A stretch of 64,000 nt of DNA from Lingula anatina (lineage: Eukaryota > Animalia > Brachiopoda), in the NCBI GenBank assembly GCA_051362555.1, contig CM120641.1, forward strand, positions 9,238,001-9,302,000, given 5' to 3'. The notes under the pieces were generated by a model. It did not search any database, was not told the origin of the DNA, and saw only the letters and a list, made by a program, of their open reading frames with translations. Shown in pieces: positions 1 through 14,200 of this stretch (position 1 is the stretch's first letter; every line of letters starts with the position of its first letter). The position numbers and the translations under genes were made by a program.

Positions 1-2531
1 AGAAATAGGGTCCACAAAAGGTACACAGGCCGATACTGATAAGGGACAGAGGCATATTTAATATTCTTAGGACTTCACAAATTTGCCAAACATTACTTAG
101 TGTTCCCAGTTGCATGCCTTCAACCACCCTTAAATAGAAATTATCTGCAGTACTTGCTCTCAATTAAGTCATAAACCCCTAAGGGGGGAAAAAGACACAA
201 TTAGGCTCCAAGAAAAGTAAACTGTATTCAAGAAGTGTGTCAAGTGCCACTTTTGTATCTGTGTTTTTTTTATAGGAAGGGGCTCTGTGAGACTGTATGT
301 GCTACAGAGCTGTATGTGCAACTAAGAGAGCATTCACATCGAGAAGAGCCGAGGTCTAGCAAGGCCGAGACCTAAGTATGGCTGACCTACTTGAAAGGAA
401 GACCGCGTAATCCTTTTAAAGTCTCTTAATGAATGTCATATTTTCCCATATATACCAGTGATGAATGAATCCATTCCTACATGCAGAGTTTGTCCTCTTT
501 TTTTTTTTTTAATAATCTCTTAAGAGGTATAGCCATCTATGAAGGTCCACGTGGTCTGATGGCAAGAATAATTTCCAGAATTATTACCCCTATTTTGGTG
601 GTAAAATGGAATTTATTATATTTCAATTAGTAGTTTACAATGTTTTTTTTTTTTTTTTTTTTGTGGAATGTGAATCTCATTTAAATAGTTACGTATATTT
701 CTTTAAAGAAGCTCTGTGACATTCTTCCTCATTTTATTGAGATGAAATGATAAAATGTGTCAGAAGAAAGAATCTGATATGGTTTCTATGCTGTATGTTT
801 GTACTACCTTTCTTAGCTAATGTTTCTTATAGTTCATGTCTGACGTCAGGTAGGGATCCTTATAGGTGTTAAACTTAAAATAACATGCTTTCATTTTTTA
901 TCAATATTGGCTTTCATATTGACATGGCATGCAGCCCTAAATAAAGGTCTGGATAAGAAGTTTTTAGCAGCAGGTCTTTGATCCTTAATATCCTACGAAA
1001 GTCTAGAAATAGTTTGATTAAAAATAAAGACTCAATAGCAAGTCTTTTAATGACAGTACTTCAAAGCAAATTGAAATGAAGACCTACTTCACATTGGCCT
1101 AGTCTTGGCTAGTGCCAAAAAGTACATTGAAAGTCTATGGCTGTATTCCCAGAGCTTTTAGATCGATCTATCCCTGCGGGGAGTCTCACTAGATTACTGT
1201 CAGATAATCCGGCTGAAATGTCCGTCCCGCCTACTACAAGCTGTAAGGGGGTAATTAACTTTCGTGTCCGCTCGGCTGACAGCTTTTTAGCGTGAACCCC
1301 CAGGGAGTTAGGTCGATCTAAAGTAGATCGATCTAATCTCTTGAAATGGGGTCTATGTTACTAAACTGTTTCAAAGATGTGGAAAAGGATAACCCATTGT
1401 TCTAGTCCAGACTTTTAATGTGGTGTAATACATAGAGTTGATGATCTGAAGCAGAACGCATTTTTCCTTTATCTCCATATTGGTTGGGAGCCATGCCATC
1501 AAAATTAAATTAGCTTTAGGTGATAAGTTCCAAAATAGCAATGTGTGTATTTTGAAACCATATTTTGGATATTAATACTAGGTTAAATGCTTTGCAGACA
1601 AGGTTAAATTGATATCAAAATACATTGAAACTTAACTAAGTGACACCATCACATTGTGATAATCTATTTTTGAAAAGAACCAACTAACTCTGTGCCTTTT
1701 GGTTGAATTATAATGCAGTAATGGGTACATGTGAACATAAGCTTATCTAATATTTATTAAACAGTGGCAGACATAGGTAGAGAATTAGAAAAGTCCTCCT
1801 TCAGGAATGATGTTGAATCACAGCTGTTATATAAATTAGTTCTTTCTTTCATCTTGGGGGCTCCATTGTGTGGTGAAAAATATGGACAGTAATGGAGGGG
1901 TAAGATAATGTAGTCCTGGGGTGAAAAAGATGCTGAGGAAAATTAATTTAAAATCTCCAAGTAATTGTAAAACAGTATCCAACACTGGTTAGCTTGCTTA
2001 TTTGTGTGAACATGCTGTATATAATGCTGCATAACTGGAGTCAAATTGAATTTAACACTGACGTCATTTAGGTGTAGCTAGGAACACAGAACGGAATGAG
2101 AAAGGGCATTCCATGACCCCAGGAGACTACATATTAAATGTACACGCTGTAGAAATTTAGTAACAAAGTCAGTGGTTATTTTTGTGACTGAAGGCCTGTA
2201 ATACTGAATAAATGAACCTGAACTTGATTATTTATGTATGTTTTACTTGTAAATTGTAACTTTGGTTCATGGTCAAACTTTGTTAATTTCTCAAGAATTA
2301 TTTTTAAGGAATAAAGCCTGGCCTTGTTTTATCTAAAAAGTGCTTTTCATGATTGATAATGTATTCATATTGTCAGGCTTATTTGCCAAAGGTAGCGTTG
2401 TAAAGTGATTTTACTTAATTTTTTAAGCTACCATTAATTTTTACATTATCAGTATTTTGGGCACATGGTATGTTCTATTAAAATTATGTTCTTTGATACT
2501 GTAATGAAATGCATCTATTTGTTAATATCAG

Positions 2532-5500
2532 GTGAAGTCCAGTTGGAGTCCAGTGTTGAGGATGGGCAAACACAATTGCCAGTTAATGGAGAACAGTTAC
2601 CATGTTCAACAGAAATGGCAGCAGGTCTTACTACAGCCACTGCAGATACAGGTCTTGGTGGCCAGGAAAACACAAACAACCCCACAGACAAAGGACACAC
2701 AGGCATTCTCCCCCTTGCTGAAACAAAGGAGGTCCAGCCTGTGCAGCAGTCACTGTCAGATAAAGACAGTCTCACCACTGCTTCTAATACTATCACCACC
2801 ACAGACATGTTAACCCAGGAAAATTCTATACGTGATGTAATATCATCCGTGCACCCTGGTCACGTTCAGGGGGAGCTAGTCACACAACCACCAGAGGTCA
2901 GCACAATTGACCACATAATTAGCTCTACATCGGAAGATCCACGCACTGTGCTCTCTGCTCCCACCAGTGCTAACACCCAGGGGACAGAGGTGACCTCAGA
3001 GGACACTATAGTGCATAGCAGTGCTGCTGATTTAACTGGGATGACCAGGGTGTTTGTGGATGAACAGGGCGTTATAATTGGGCAGGAGCATTCCCCATTG
3101 ACAACAGTGGAGGAACACCAGACAGATCAGCCTCAGTTGGATGGTGATAGTATTGTTCCTACTGAAGCTGAAGCATCCCTCAACCATCAGCAAGAGCACA
3201 GGCTGCCAGCCAATGTGATGGTTGTAACAGCAGATGGGAGCCAGGAGTCTTACACCATACAAGACACAGAACACATCACCCAGGCAGAGCACCATGTGGA
3301 CACCACAGTAGAGGGTGATGGCGAAACAGACCACATGTCCAAGGTGGTCCTTGTGACTGACCCCAACACTGACATGACCGCTGAGACTTTTACCATACAA
3401 ACCTCAGAAGATGGCTCACAGCAGCCCATTATCATTGCCACCAGCCCTGAACAGGATGGGACCGTCACTATTGTTACAGACAGTGGCAATGGAACGGACA
3501 TTCCAACAGAAATATCTGCTGTTGTCATTTCTTCTGATTCAGAAAGTATACAAACTATGGCCAACCAGCAACACATTGTTGCCCCTGTTGTGGTGCCTCC
3601 GGTAGGCCATGATGGGTTCCCAAGAGCAACACCCATCATGTCCACTATAAACCCTGCTGGGCACCATCACCTGCAAATACATGGCATGGTGTCACAGCCT
3701 TTGGAACCACCTCCCAAGTGTATGGTCTGTGGAGACAAGTCTTCAGGTGTACATTATGGTGTACTGGCTTGTGAGGGGTGCAAGGTGAGTCTGTTGCCTT
3801 GACTTGTAATTTTGTTGCAGCAGCCCACTTTTGCCCATTTTGCCCACTTTTGCCCTTAACTTGGGAATGGCTTTCAGGATATCACCTCATATTGTTTATA
3901 GACCAAAACAAAGGGGACATCTTTAGAAGTACTGAAGGTCTGAGGGAACTGCACTACAAGTAATCTGCAGGTCCTCCTAATGTGCTGGTCCGAACTAAGT
4001 AACCCATAATGATAAGCCTATGTTTACATGTGATTTGTCTTCATTTATTGTATTATCATGCATTATCAAAAATTTTGCTGGTCGTTGGGCTCTTCAGCAG
4101 TCATGACCGATCGGAGTGACAGTTTCCCTTGCCTGTAGATCTTTACGATGAATGTAATAGCAGTTCACAGGTTTAGCTTTGATGTGCATTAAAAAAAAGA
4201 GATGTTGAAAAGTATATAATCATGAAAGACACAATTTTATATGTTTTTAATGTTGGCATTTTGTAATTTCAAAAAAAAAGGGGTGAACTTTTGTGGGCTT
4301 CTGTGGAATACTGGAAAAATTGCTTTTTAAAAGTTATGAGTTAGTTTTAATTTACAAAGATCTCAAAAGTTGCATATACAAATTGATGTCATCATAATTA
4401 TCTAATGTATGTCATTTTTATCATCAGGGATTTTTCAGACGAGCTTTACAGGACATTGGAGATCCAAGTCGTAAAAAATGCTATTACAATAAGAACTGTG
4501 AAGTGACAGTACAAACTAGGAACAGGTGTCAGTATTGCCGCTTACAAAAATGTCTAGCTCTGGGGATGTCACGTTCAGGTAATGTTTTGAGAGTGTTTTT
4601 CTTATCAATTTTGAGTGAATAATGGCAATGTTAACTTTTCCTCTGGTATTTATTCCACTTAAGATTAAAGTTTTGCTGATACTTTAAATGTTTGGTTTTA
4701 TAAAAGACAAAAACAAAATTATACCATGCAGTAGTCTTGGCTATGACATCTAATCAAATCAACCAAAATTTTTTTAGTGTGCTGTTGAATTTATTTTGAT
4801 TACTTACTTAGATTATGAGAGATTTGCTGACACAGAATCATTCTTTTAAAAGCTCTTGTTTTATTATAGCTGCCAAACTTGGTCGAAGATCCAAAAAGAT
4901 GCGTGAAATGATCAATGAAGCATGTCGCACCATTGAAGACTCACAGACAGCACAAGCTTTACATGGACTTCTCAGCCTCAAATCTGATTCCGGCCCAGGG
5001 GATTTCCCATCCCTTCTGAAAGCTGTTGGAGAACAGATGTCGCAACCAGGGAGAGCAGGTACAGTAGCAGCGGGACTGGCTGTTGCTGCTACAGGGGCGG
5101 GAATGGGAGCTGGAGGGGATGTTGAGAATGGAGAGAAAAAGGCACTGCCAATGAAAACACCAAAGTCTACACCCAAAAGAACCAAGAAAAATGAACAGAA
5201 GGTCACTCCAACATCAACGTTTGCCGCTGCTCGAGCAGGAGTTGGAATGCAGTTGGCTCCCATATTGGCGACTCCACAGTACCCTCCTATGCATCAACCC
5301 ATCATGATGGTGCCACAGTTACAACCTGGGCAACAAGCACCCATGATGGATCTGCTGATGAAAATGCAAGCAGCCAATCAGACGGTTGGACAAGCCACTG
5401 CAACTACGGCAACAACAACCAGCCCAGGAGCCCAAACAACCAGCAAGGTCAAGGCTGACCTGAGGAGGATAATACTAAAACAGCACCAAAGTAAAGATGG

Positions 5501-7757
5501 TTCCAATATCCAACAGTACATTATACAAGAGGATGGAGGGGATGGATCACAGGTTTATCCTATAGATTTGGCTATGCGCACATCAGATGGAGCAAATTTA
5601 CAGTCTATTCCTCAGCCATTACAGTTAACAACAACGACCACTGGTCAAATTGTTAGTTCTCAAGAGACTGTTGTTACAGCAACAACATCACAGCCTGTTG
5701 TTATTGCAATGAAGCCAGCTAGTTCTAAGACCACTGACCAGGTTTCAAGAAGTCCACTTAAGAAAAGGCCAATCCGGCAGCCCTCACCCTTACAGTCCCC
5801 TATAGAGAAGCGAGCAAAGATGGATGGCACGTTGGATCATATGGGCAGTGACAATCAGTTGGCAGAGAATCTCCAACAAGAGAGTCAACAGCTTCCACAA
5901 CATATTGGTAACCATGTGTCTTTGACACCTCAGTCACAAGAATACAATTCATCCCAGCTGGAAGGCATTTCCAGTCTGATTTATGAAGCTTATAATGACA
6001 CTTTGAGGTTCACATATAAGAACACACAGATGCTGAGACAGAATTTGCCAGTTGAAAAGCATGTTGAGAATGCAGCAAATGTAAGTTACTTTTACCTTCT
6101 AAGTTTCAGTAATTTGTTTTATTTTCTAAGCTGGCCAGGCATTTTATTGTGAATAAAAAATGTGAAGCTTTTTTTGCAATTGGTTTAAATGATGAAAATT
6201 GGTGCATTCAACAACCATTTACTTAAATTGAATGACTGTTTATGAGTCTTTTATTTTCTCCTAATTTTTATTGTGTATATATAGCATGATATTCTACCCT
6301 TCTTATTATAATTAAACTTCAACATTTCTTCGTCTCAAGGGTAATGAACCAAGTGAAGAGGCCATAGCCAGAAAGCTGGCCTCTGCGTGCTGGACAGGCT
6401 TTGAGTCTACCTTTTACAACAAGGCAGTACCAGAGGTAGTTAAGTTTGCAAAAAGAATTCCTGGCTTTAGCAGCTTGGATACTGATGACCAGATATTGCT
6501 GATTAAAGGGGGTTGTTTTGAGGTAAGACAATATTTTGGCCAATATTTTAAGGGGTGTTCAAATTGATTTTTTTTTTCTGTGAAAATATATTTATAATAC
6601 GAAATATTTAGTAAATATCTGACTTTTATATTATGGGCAATTTATTGTTGTCTGGCTTTATCCATTATTTAGTTATTTTAAATGATGTTCAATCTGTGAA
6701 TTTTATTTAAATCTTTGACATTATCTAACATGTTGTAGGCATTGACTAATTTTATTGTGCAGTCCAGATTATTTTAATCTTTGCATAATATTTTGTGTGA
6801 CACATTGTGGTATTGGAGCTATGTTTACATTTGTCTTTCATAATTTGCATTGGAGTAATTTATGAATTAGTCTATACACAGAGCATGGCATTTTCCCTTT
6901 CGATTATCTTTGAAAACCAATACTGTATATTGGTTTTCAAATTGCAGGTTTGATTTCTGTTTACATGGGTTAATTTGTCAGTCCTGTTGTTAAATTGTCT
7001 CCTCTGTTTCATCACATATCTAAATGCATTATGTAAATGTTGCCATTGTTTATTATTTACAGGTAGCATGTGTAATGAACTCTGCATTCATAGATGTGGA
7101 CGGCAACACCATGCTAATATTGGAGAATGGAAAGAATTACACCAAGGAGAATCTCAAGTCAGAGTTTCTGCTGGGCGAAAACTTTGTGGAGTTAATGTTT
7201 AATTTCTCCTTACGTTTCAATGTATTCAAGCTAACAGACTCTGAGACAGCTCTTTTTGCTGCTTTGATGTTAATATCTCCAGGTATTGGCTGTTTTTGTA
7301 TTCATGTGATAATTTGTCTGTTGGAAATCATTAACAAAGCCGATTGTACTTAGGCAGTATCCTCATTAATTTCTTTAAAACATTTGCACTCACTGTGTAA
7401 TTGATTTTTAATTGTCTTTTTTTAATATAAAATACCAGTTGATATTTTATAAACTGACATGCTTTGAGTTTACTTACAAAAAATAATACAACAGAATTGT
7501 GCCGATCTTTTATTGTAGAACGTCCAGGCATCAAGAACAAGGAAGAGGTATCCAAGTTACAGGAGCTGATCATCCAGACGTTACAGGGGCAGGTCAATAT
7601 GAATCACCCTACAGAGGTTGGCCTTTTTCCGCGTCTTCTCATGATTATCTCCAATCTCAGAGAACTCAATGTAGAGCACAGGAGAATGCTATCGTCTCTT
7701 CGGGGAAGGATTGTGTTCACTGATGGCTTGCTCATTGAAATATTTGGCAGTGATTGA
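2532..7757 (+). CDS. Nuclear hormone receptor, NR1 subfamily (HR3/ROR/E75-clade-like, divergent); probably 5'-incomplete
   Basis: Six exons with GT/AG boundaries and consistent phases: 2532-3784, 4428-4578, 4870-6080, 6340-6522, 7063-7282, 7519-7757 (TGA). DBD CMVCGDKSSGVHYGVLACEGCK|GFFRRALQDIGDPSRKKCYYNKNCEVTVQTRNRCQYCRLQKCLALGMS with P-box EGCKG. LBD signature VVKFAKRIPGFSSLDTDDQILLIKGGCFEV, then ALFAALMLISPERPG and LFPRLLMIISNLRELNVEH, and AF-2 LLIEIF. The first exon has a phase-1 acceptor at 2531, so upstream exons probably lie outside the window. Confidence 0.93.
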
Positions 7758-10341
7758 ATGCTGTCTGTGTGAGAGATAGTTAATATGAAGTGTGTGTACA
7801 TACCTGTCTGTACTCAAGATCATAATATAAAGGGTTGATGAATTGGGCTGTACCAGTTATCAATATAATTACAGTAAAGCAGTATTACTAATCGTGCTAG
7901 TGCATATACCTCCACTAAGACTAGTATATTGCTTACGTGAGTTATGGCAGTGGAAAATTGATTGGCATATTGCAGATTAAATGGTGACAAAGTGCATTTA
8001 TATCTACCATAACAGTACGTTCACTTGCACATATATTGTTGAAGTTCATCAGATTTCTTAAATGAAACTGTTATTTGCAATTTGACTGCAATTGTGTTTG
8101 TTGTTAGATGAATCTCATTGACTGTGAATAGGGCTATGTATCATACTTGTGTCGTTAACTCTGGATACCTAGTGGCGTGTTTTAGAATCAGGACTGCTTT
8201 CTTATGCTAAGTCTGTAGAATTTGATGTTTGTTTATAAGAAATACAATGGTTCATTGTCAACCCTAAATACATACCTTTTCCTTGTATCAGATCTTGAGT
8301 GTAAATATTTAACAGATATTGGATAATAAGTAGTGGAATCTGCTTTAAGAGGAGAATGGAAGTCACAATATTATAAGGGAATGTCTGAATGCACAAATTT
8401 TTACAATTATGATTAGTTTGCTGTTAGTTATCAATATGATATGAGGCTTCCAATCAAAACAGCTTGTAGTTAACAAAAGAAGTCATATTAAACGAAAGCC
8501 TGGAATTTCAGATAACAGCCCATCTAATCTTTACTGAATCACATTTTCACTCACTGGATGTGATCACATATTATGACCATGTTTTTAGATATTTAACTAT
8601 GCAGAGTACAAAATGTGAATTGAGGTTGTATTTAGTTTGTATTTATATTGGGTTTTATTTATTTCAATAGGCCAATATATATGTGTGTATGCTTTATATT
8701 ATTGCTTTTACATGCAGATAAGGAAGTCTCTATATGCTGGTCATTTCTGTTTTGTCTTAATAAGGAAAATGATTACATTGTCTGTTAAGGCACTATTGTT
8801 AATATTGTTACATAGTATCTGCATTTATAAAATGTGTGTAGTTAAATAGGCTTGTAGGGTCAAGGAAAACAATGCAAGGAACAGATGCTACTAGCTAAAA
8901 AAGAGAGTGAACTGTGAACATTGAAATGAAAAGAAGTTCCGAAAGACGAAAAATGGGAAATTGTTTTAGTTTCTGCTAAATTTAAGTTGTGATGTTTTAA
9001 ATCTTAAGTAGCACTTTTTCAGCATTTCTTAAAAGAAAACATGCTTACATTCTAAGTATTTTGCCCCAGGAGAAGCAAAGACGAGCTGTTGGAAAGAAAA
9101 TGTAGTTTGCCTGACATTTGCTGTATAAATTGGAGAAATCAGAAAGTCAAACAAGAAAGGTAATTCACTAAAGACTTTTTGAAAAAAAAATTTTAACTTG
9201 CTGCAGTTTTGAGATATCACGTAAACTCTCCTGAACTATGTTTTGTTTGCCCACTTACCATGAATGTTTTTTGACAAATTTGTAAGTTGTCATTTTAAGC
9301 CTATACTAAGTTGGCCTGTGCATTCATTCTACTTCATTATGTCATAGCCTTAAGCATAGTTGAGAAGTTAGGACTAAATTTGTATAATTTTTAGCTCATG
9401 ATTTTTATATTCAGACAAGATTTAATTGTCATGAATGAACTAAGGTGAAGAATGAACTGGCAAGGAGATGTTTCATTGCTAATTGTGTCATGATGTTATG
9501 TAGAAGTTGTTTTTTTCTGTTTTATTGATGATTTTTTTAACTGTCCCTTTTAGGAAAGAAAAATATTTGTCATAACTACAATTATACAAAATAATAAAAG
9601 TAATCTTGGTACTCTAAAAAGAAATTTAAGATCAGTCACAGATTTGGAATTATCTCTTTTGGCTAATTTTCATTTTTTATTTTATTCCAAATCAAATGAC
9701 ACAACAGAAGTACAATTTTATAGTATGGGCAAAAAAGGCATTGTCATTCTTAGAAACAAATGAGGCCTGAAGATGCGTCTCATACTCTGTTCAGGGATGA
9801 TGGGTGAAATCTTAAATTCCAATCCTAATTTTTGCAAAAAGAGTTCATTCAGCAAGAACACATTGTCAAGTAAATTAAGAAAATGCTTTCAGTTATTTTT
9901 GAGTTAATTCATTTATTATGTTGATTTCAGCAGATTATAAGGCTAAATGTTGCATATTGAAAATTTCTAATTTGGTTCAAAAATAGCATATTGAAAAAGC
10001 AGTTTTGAGAATATTTGATGAAATTAAATATGCTCACAGGAATCTTGTGGGTGAAATATAAGTCAACAAGTGCTACTAATCCATATGAAAACTCTAGTAG
10101 AACTTGGGTTGAATTTTGAACATAAAAGTTTGTGCGGTGCATTGATATTAGTTGTTACCTGAAGTTTCATGTTGAGCATGCTAATTGAACTGTTAGCCTT
10201 GAAAATGATCTTTTAGGTACCAGACACATATTAAGCAATATGCAAAGATATAGAGGCTTGTATTAAGACCTTATTTTCTTCAATTGACAGGCTTTGCTTT
10301 CACACAACCTAATTGATGTATATAGTTATTTATTGTAGGCA

Positions 10342-10347
10342 AATAAA
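10342..10347 (+). terminator. Candidate poly(A) signal of the nuclear receptor gene (implies ~2.6 kb 3'UTR)
   Basis: AATAAA followed by GT/T-rich downstream sequence, just before the TE remnant and promoter of the next gene. Confidence 0.4.
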
Positions 10348-10594
10348 TGTTTGTTGTGAAACTAAATTGTGCTTGTCTGATCGTCTTTCTTCTTTAAAAA
10401 GCAATTAGTGTAAGAGGAGATAAATAAGAATTTATCATCTTTGTAACCACATCTCTTGGATTTTAGTTTTTTGAAAAAAGTCTCTTTCAGTAATTTATGA
10501 TTTATTAATACGACAAGATCTTTTTTATTTTCATAAATGTCTCTTTATGATAACATTCTAAATGCTTAATCTAGTATCAATATAAAGATTTCAT

Positions 10595-10967
10595 TACCTT
10601 CTCCATTATCCAAGATGTTTTTGTTACTTTTGATTAGTGGGTTTGTCTGTGTACAGCATTTCACAAAAAATAATCAAAGGACTTTGATAAAATGTTCGAT
10701 CACAAGTGGCCCAAAGAATTAATGATTAGATTTTGATGATGGTCCATTAATTGATAAATTATTTAATAATTAAATTTTCAGGATAGGTCACATGTGTGCC
10801 AATTTTATGAAATTTTCAGGATAGGTCAGATAAAGGAAGAAGCGATTAGATTTTGGTGATCATCCATTAATTAATAAAATAGTTAATTAACAAATTAATC
10901 AATTAATTAATTTAACAATTTATTAATTAATCCAATAATTGTCTTGGCGGTGTGAGTGTTATTCTAG
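10595..10967 (+). mobile_element. Old degenerate DINE-1/HINE-like Helentron (same family as 14800-15211)
   Basis: Shares internal motifs (gaaattttcaggataggtcaga, gattagattttggtg, aagtggcccaaag) and a ...cttggcgg...ttctag 3' end with the 14800 copy. Confidence 0.5.
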
Positions 10968-11059
10968 TCATAAACTCTGGATGGCTCGTCTTGAATAGCA
11001 GAAGATAGTAAGAACCCGGATGCTACCCCATTCAATAGCATACCTTTTATTCCGTTTTA

Positions 11060-11204
11060 AAATGACGTACCGTAGATGACTATATTGAACATTTGAGGGA
11101 TATGGTATAGTATCGCCATTTTGTATGTGAAGCGAATATTTTACCATATACAGTACAAAATTGAGCTGAATATTCCCAATGAGGTAGCTGTGATGAGCTA
11201 AACT
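11060..11204 (+). promoter_or_regulatory. Putative promoter/5'UTR of the DnaJ-GW182 gene
   Basis: Local CpG enrichment, a CRE-like TGACGT at ~11063 and a YY1-type CGCCATTTT at 11114-11122, all shortly upstream of the ATG at 11205. Confidence 0.5.
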
Positions 11205-14200
11205 ATGGGATCATCGGAGAAGGAGAGGTCATGTGAGATTCTTGGAATCGACCAAAGTACGCCAGAAGGTACGATTTAAGAGATTGCAGACATTTTTCCG
11301 GGGTAAACAAACTCGCCGAATTAGGTCAACCCATCAAGTATGTATCGGTATGATGTGCAATTGTGTGTAATTTCTTCGTAAAATTTTAACACGTTTGCTC
11401 TCAGGAAGGGAAGATATTAACAGAACAGCACAAATATACTTAATGGCTTCATTGATTTTGCATGTGGTCTTTGCAATCTGTAAATATTGTGTTCATCCGT
11501 GACCTGGCGGTGTCACATATCTCACACTGTCAACGATTATGAAAGTCGTTTTAATCCTATAAAACAAATGATTTAATCAAAAAACAGATAACCAATCAAT
11601 CAGCTGTCTAGTGCATTAATGCATTCGTATTCGAATAATAAGGATTTCTGGATATTCAAAGTTGTAGAATTGTCACTATTGTAAGAACTGTCAGAACAGA
11701 TAAACCCCACCCCCTTGCCCCTTAAGCTTGGACTTATTCTTGGGATAATAGAAATTGTCATTTTAGTCAGAAGATATGCCAAGCTTATTACTCAGGATAT
11801 TAGATAGTTTGGGGATAATTGTCCATGAACATATATTGCTTGTTTCTGTACATGTTTCAAGCTGATTGAAATCATGGACATTCTGCTGAAAAAACAACTT
11901 GACAATCCAGGTGGCAAAATAAGCACAGTTATGTTGAAGTGATGCCTTTACTCACATTTTTCCATAGGAACTAGCAACTAGGGAAACCTGGTACTTAGTA
12001 ATATAATTTGAGATACATAATTAAACAGAAAACATATCACAAAACAATCTAATCACTTTCTTATGGTCTAATGTTTGAGATGCAATAATATCTCTAGACA
12101 TTTCCTATGCAAATCTTTCCTCAGCTTTATAGACTTTTTTTTCTGCACAGACATGCTGAAACTGTCGGTCAGATCGGTCATGTCTGGCAAAATTTATCTG
12201 GACCGGTAAAAAATTGGACGTGGTCGGTCCAAAGGACCGACAAGAGTTTTAAGAACCACCATTTTGAATTTATAGTCATCATTCGACATACTTCACTAAT
12301 AACATTATATAAAGCTCAAAGCATTTTTTCCCTTCCATTTCAAACTGACCACATTCACAAATGAAGTAAGCTACCTAATCGTAGTATCTGTCTCAAACAA
12401 ATAGGGTGATTTTCGGTCCGGCAAAAATCCATTCGGTCCGGCAAATTTTTCATTACTGCTGGTCCAAATGCCCGGCCATTCTGAAAAGTTTTCAGCATGT
12501 CTGCTGCAGTTTAAGGAGAAATACAACTGTGTCTTAGACAATTATATCTCTTAGACACAATTTGATATACAGAGAAAAGAGCACATTTGTTGCCATTTGG
12601 AAAGTGCTTGGTAAGTAAGAAAAAATGAACAGAACAGAACAGGGCAAACTTTAGTCTGCTGTTTAAAGGGATAATTACTCTTTGTATGAGATCTATATTT
12701 CACAATAAAAACATTGTGAATAACTCATAGAAATATAATATATTCTGTTTTACCACAAAAATGGCAGTTATAGCTATTATTCTGATATCTGAGCTTGTCT
12801 TTAGACCACATGACCTCCATTGATGGCTATACTCTGTTAAAATCTCTTAAGAGATTTTAACAAATAACCAAACTTTTTAGAAAAAAAACAGGGACTAACT
12901 TTGAATGTAAAAATGGATTCATTAACCATTGTTAAGTATGGGAAAATTGTTGTTTACTCCAGGAAAATTCATTTTTTGGCCGAAATGAAGAGTTATTATC
13001 CCTTTAACTTACCAGCGTGGACATTTGCTGATTTTAGTAATTTTTTAATCTGCACCGTGGTTGACTGGGAATGGGAAAGAAGCATTTACAGTGCACTTGT
13101 ATTTTCTTGACATCTTGTTTTTATCTACTATTTTTTACCATCCCATGATTGTACAGGCCGTACAACTCCTCTACAATGGCAATAAGTTGGATAAGAGAGG
13201 AATAAATTGACTCTTCATTGTTAGATATTATAGTCACATGGATTACTGAGTTAATCAGCACTAAGGTAAACCACCACAACTTGACCGAAATTACCCTTTT
13301 AGACACATGGTTGTGTACCAAGTAAGTTTTCAGTCAAACCTTGACAGGTAGACAGTGAGCTACCTGGCTGAAGGCCAAAATATAAGATTCTTCACATGCA
13401 CTGAATGTTTATATATATATAAGTAAATTAAGGGGATAACAACTCTTCATATTAGATTCATATTTCACAATAAATACATTATAAACAACTCATAGAAATA
13501 TAATAATATATAATATAATAATTCCATTTACCACCGAAACAGCAGTCATTGGAATTATTTTGTTAATAAAAACCAAACTTTTTAGAGGACAAACTCTGCA
13601 TGTCAGAATGGATTCATTTACCATTGGTAAGTATGGGAAAATGGTGTTTACCCCAGGAAAATCTGTTTTTTTACGAGCAGTTGTTCTCTGTTTTATTTTA
13701 GACATTTAGACGTTCTTTGCTGTTTGACGCCAATTTGCCTAAGCACAAATTTTTGTTGCAGTGCACCAATATATGCTAAATTTTTTTTAAAAATTACTCA
13801 CTGACACTTCCCATAAGAAAGTTATAACAAATTTATTGGCTACTCCAAACTAGCTAACATTTTATGGATAGACAAATAAGGTGTCAGGTGCATCAAGATC
13901 ACTACAAACATATACTAGAACAGAACGGATGACAGTAAGAATAAAAGATCAAATTCAGATGCTCTGTCTGTCACGTAAAGCACACATCTGTTATGATTAA
14001 AGCATGCACAGTCAACAAGTGTGTCGTTTCAGTATCTTCTCAATACGTTTTGAGCAACCACATTGTCTGCTGGAATTTTTAAAAATAATCAATAGATGGT
14101 TGATTTCCAAGAGAGGATCCATTGTCAACAAACACTCAGACGTAAACACAACCATAATATACTTTTAAAATGGTGTAGCATTTGCTCAGTGGATAATAAC

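Noticed and set aside
1135-1355. Inverted tagatcgatcta motifs as a structured ncRNA
   Set aside because: More simply a degenerate MITE with imperfect TIRs; boundaries too uncertain to call.
7660-7690. Helix-11 His as a sign of heme binding like E75/Rev-erb
   Set aside because: This His is common across NR1 receptors and the partner Cys-Pro motif is not evident.
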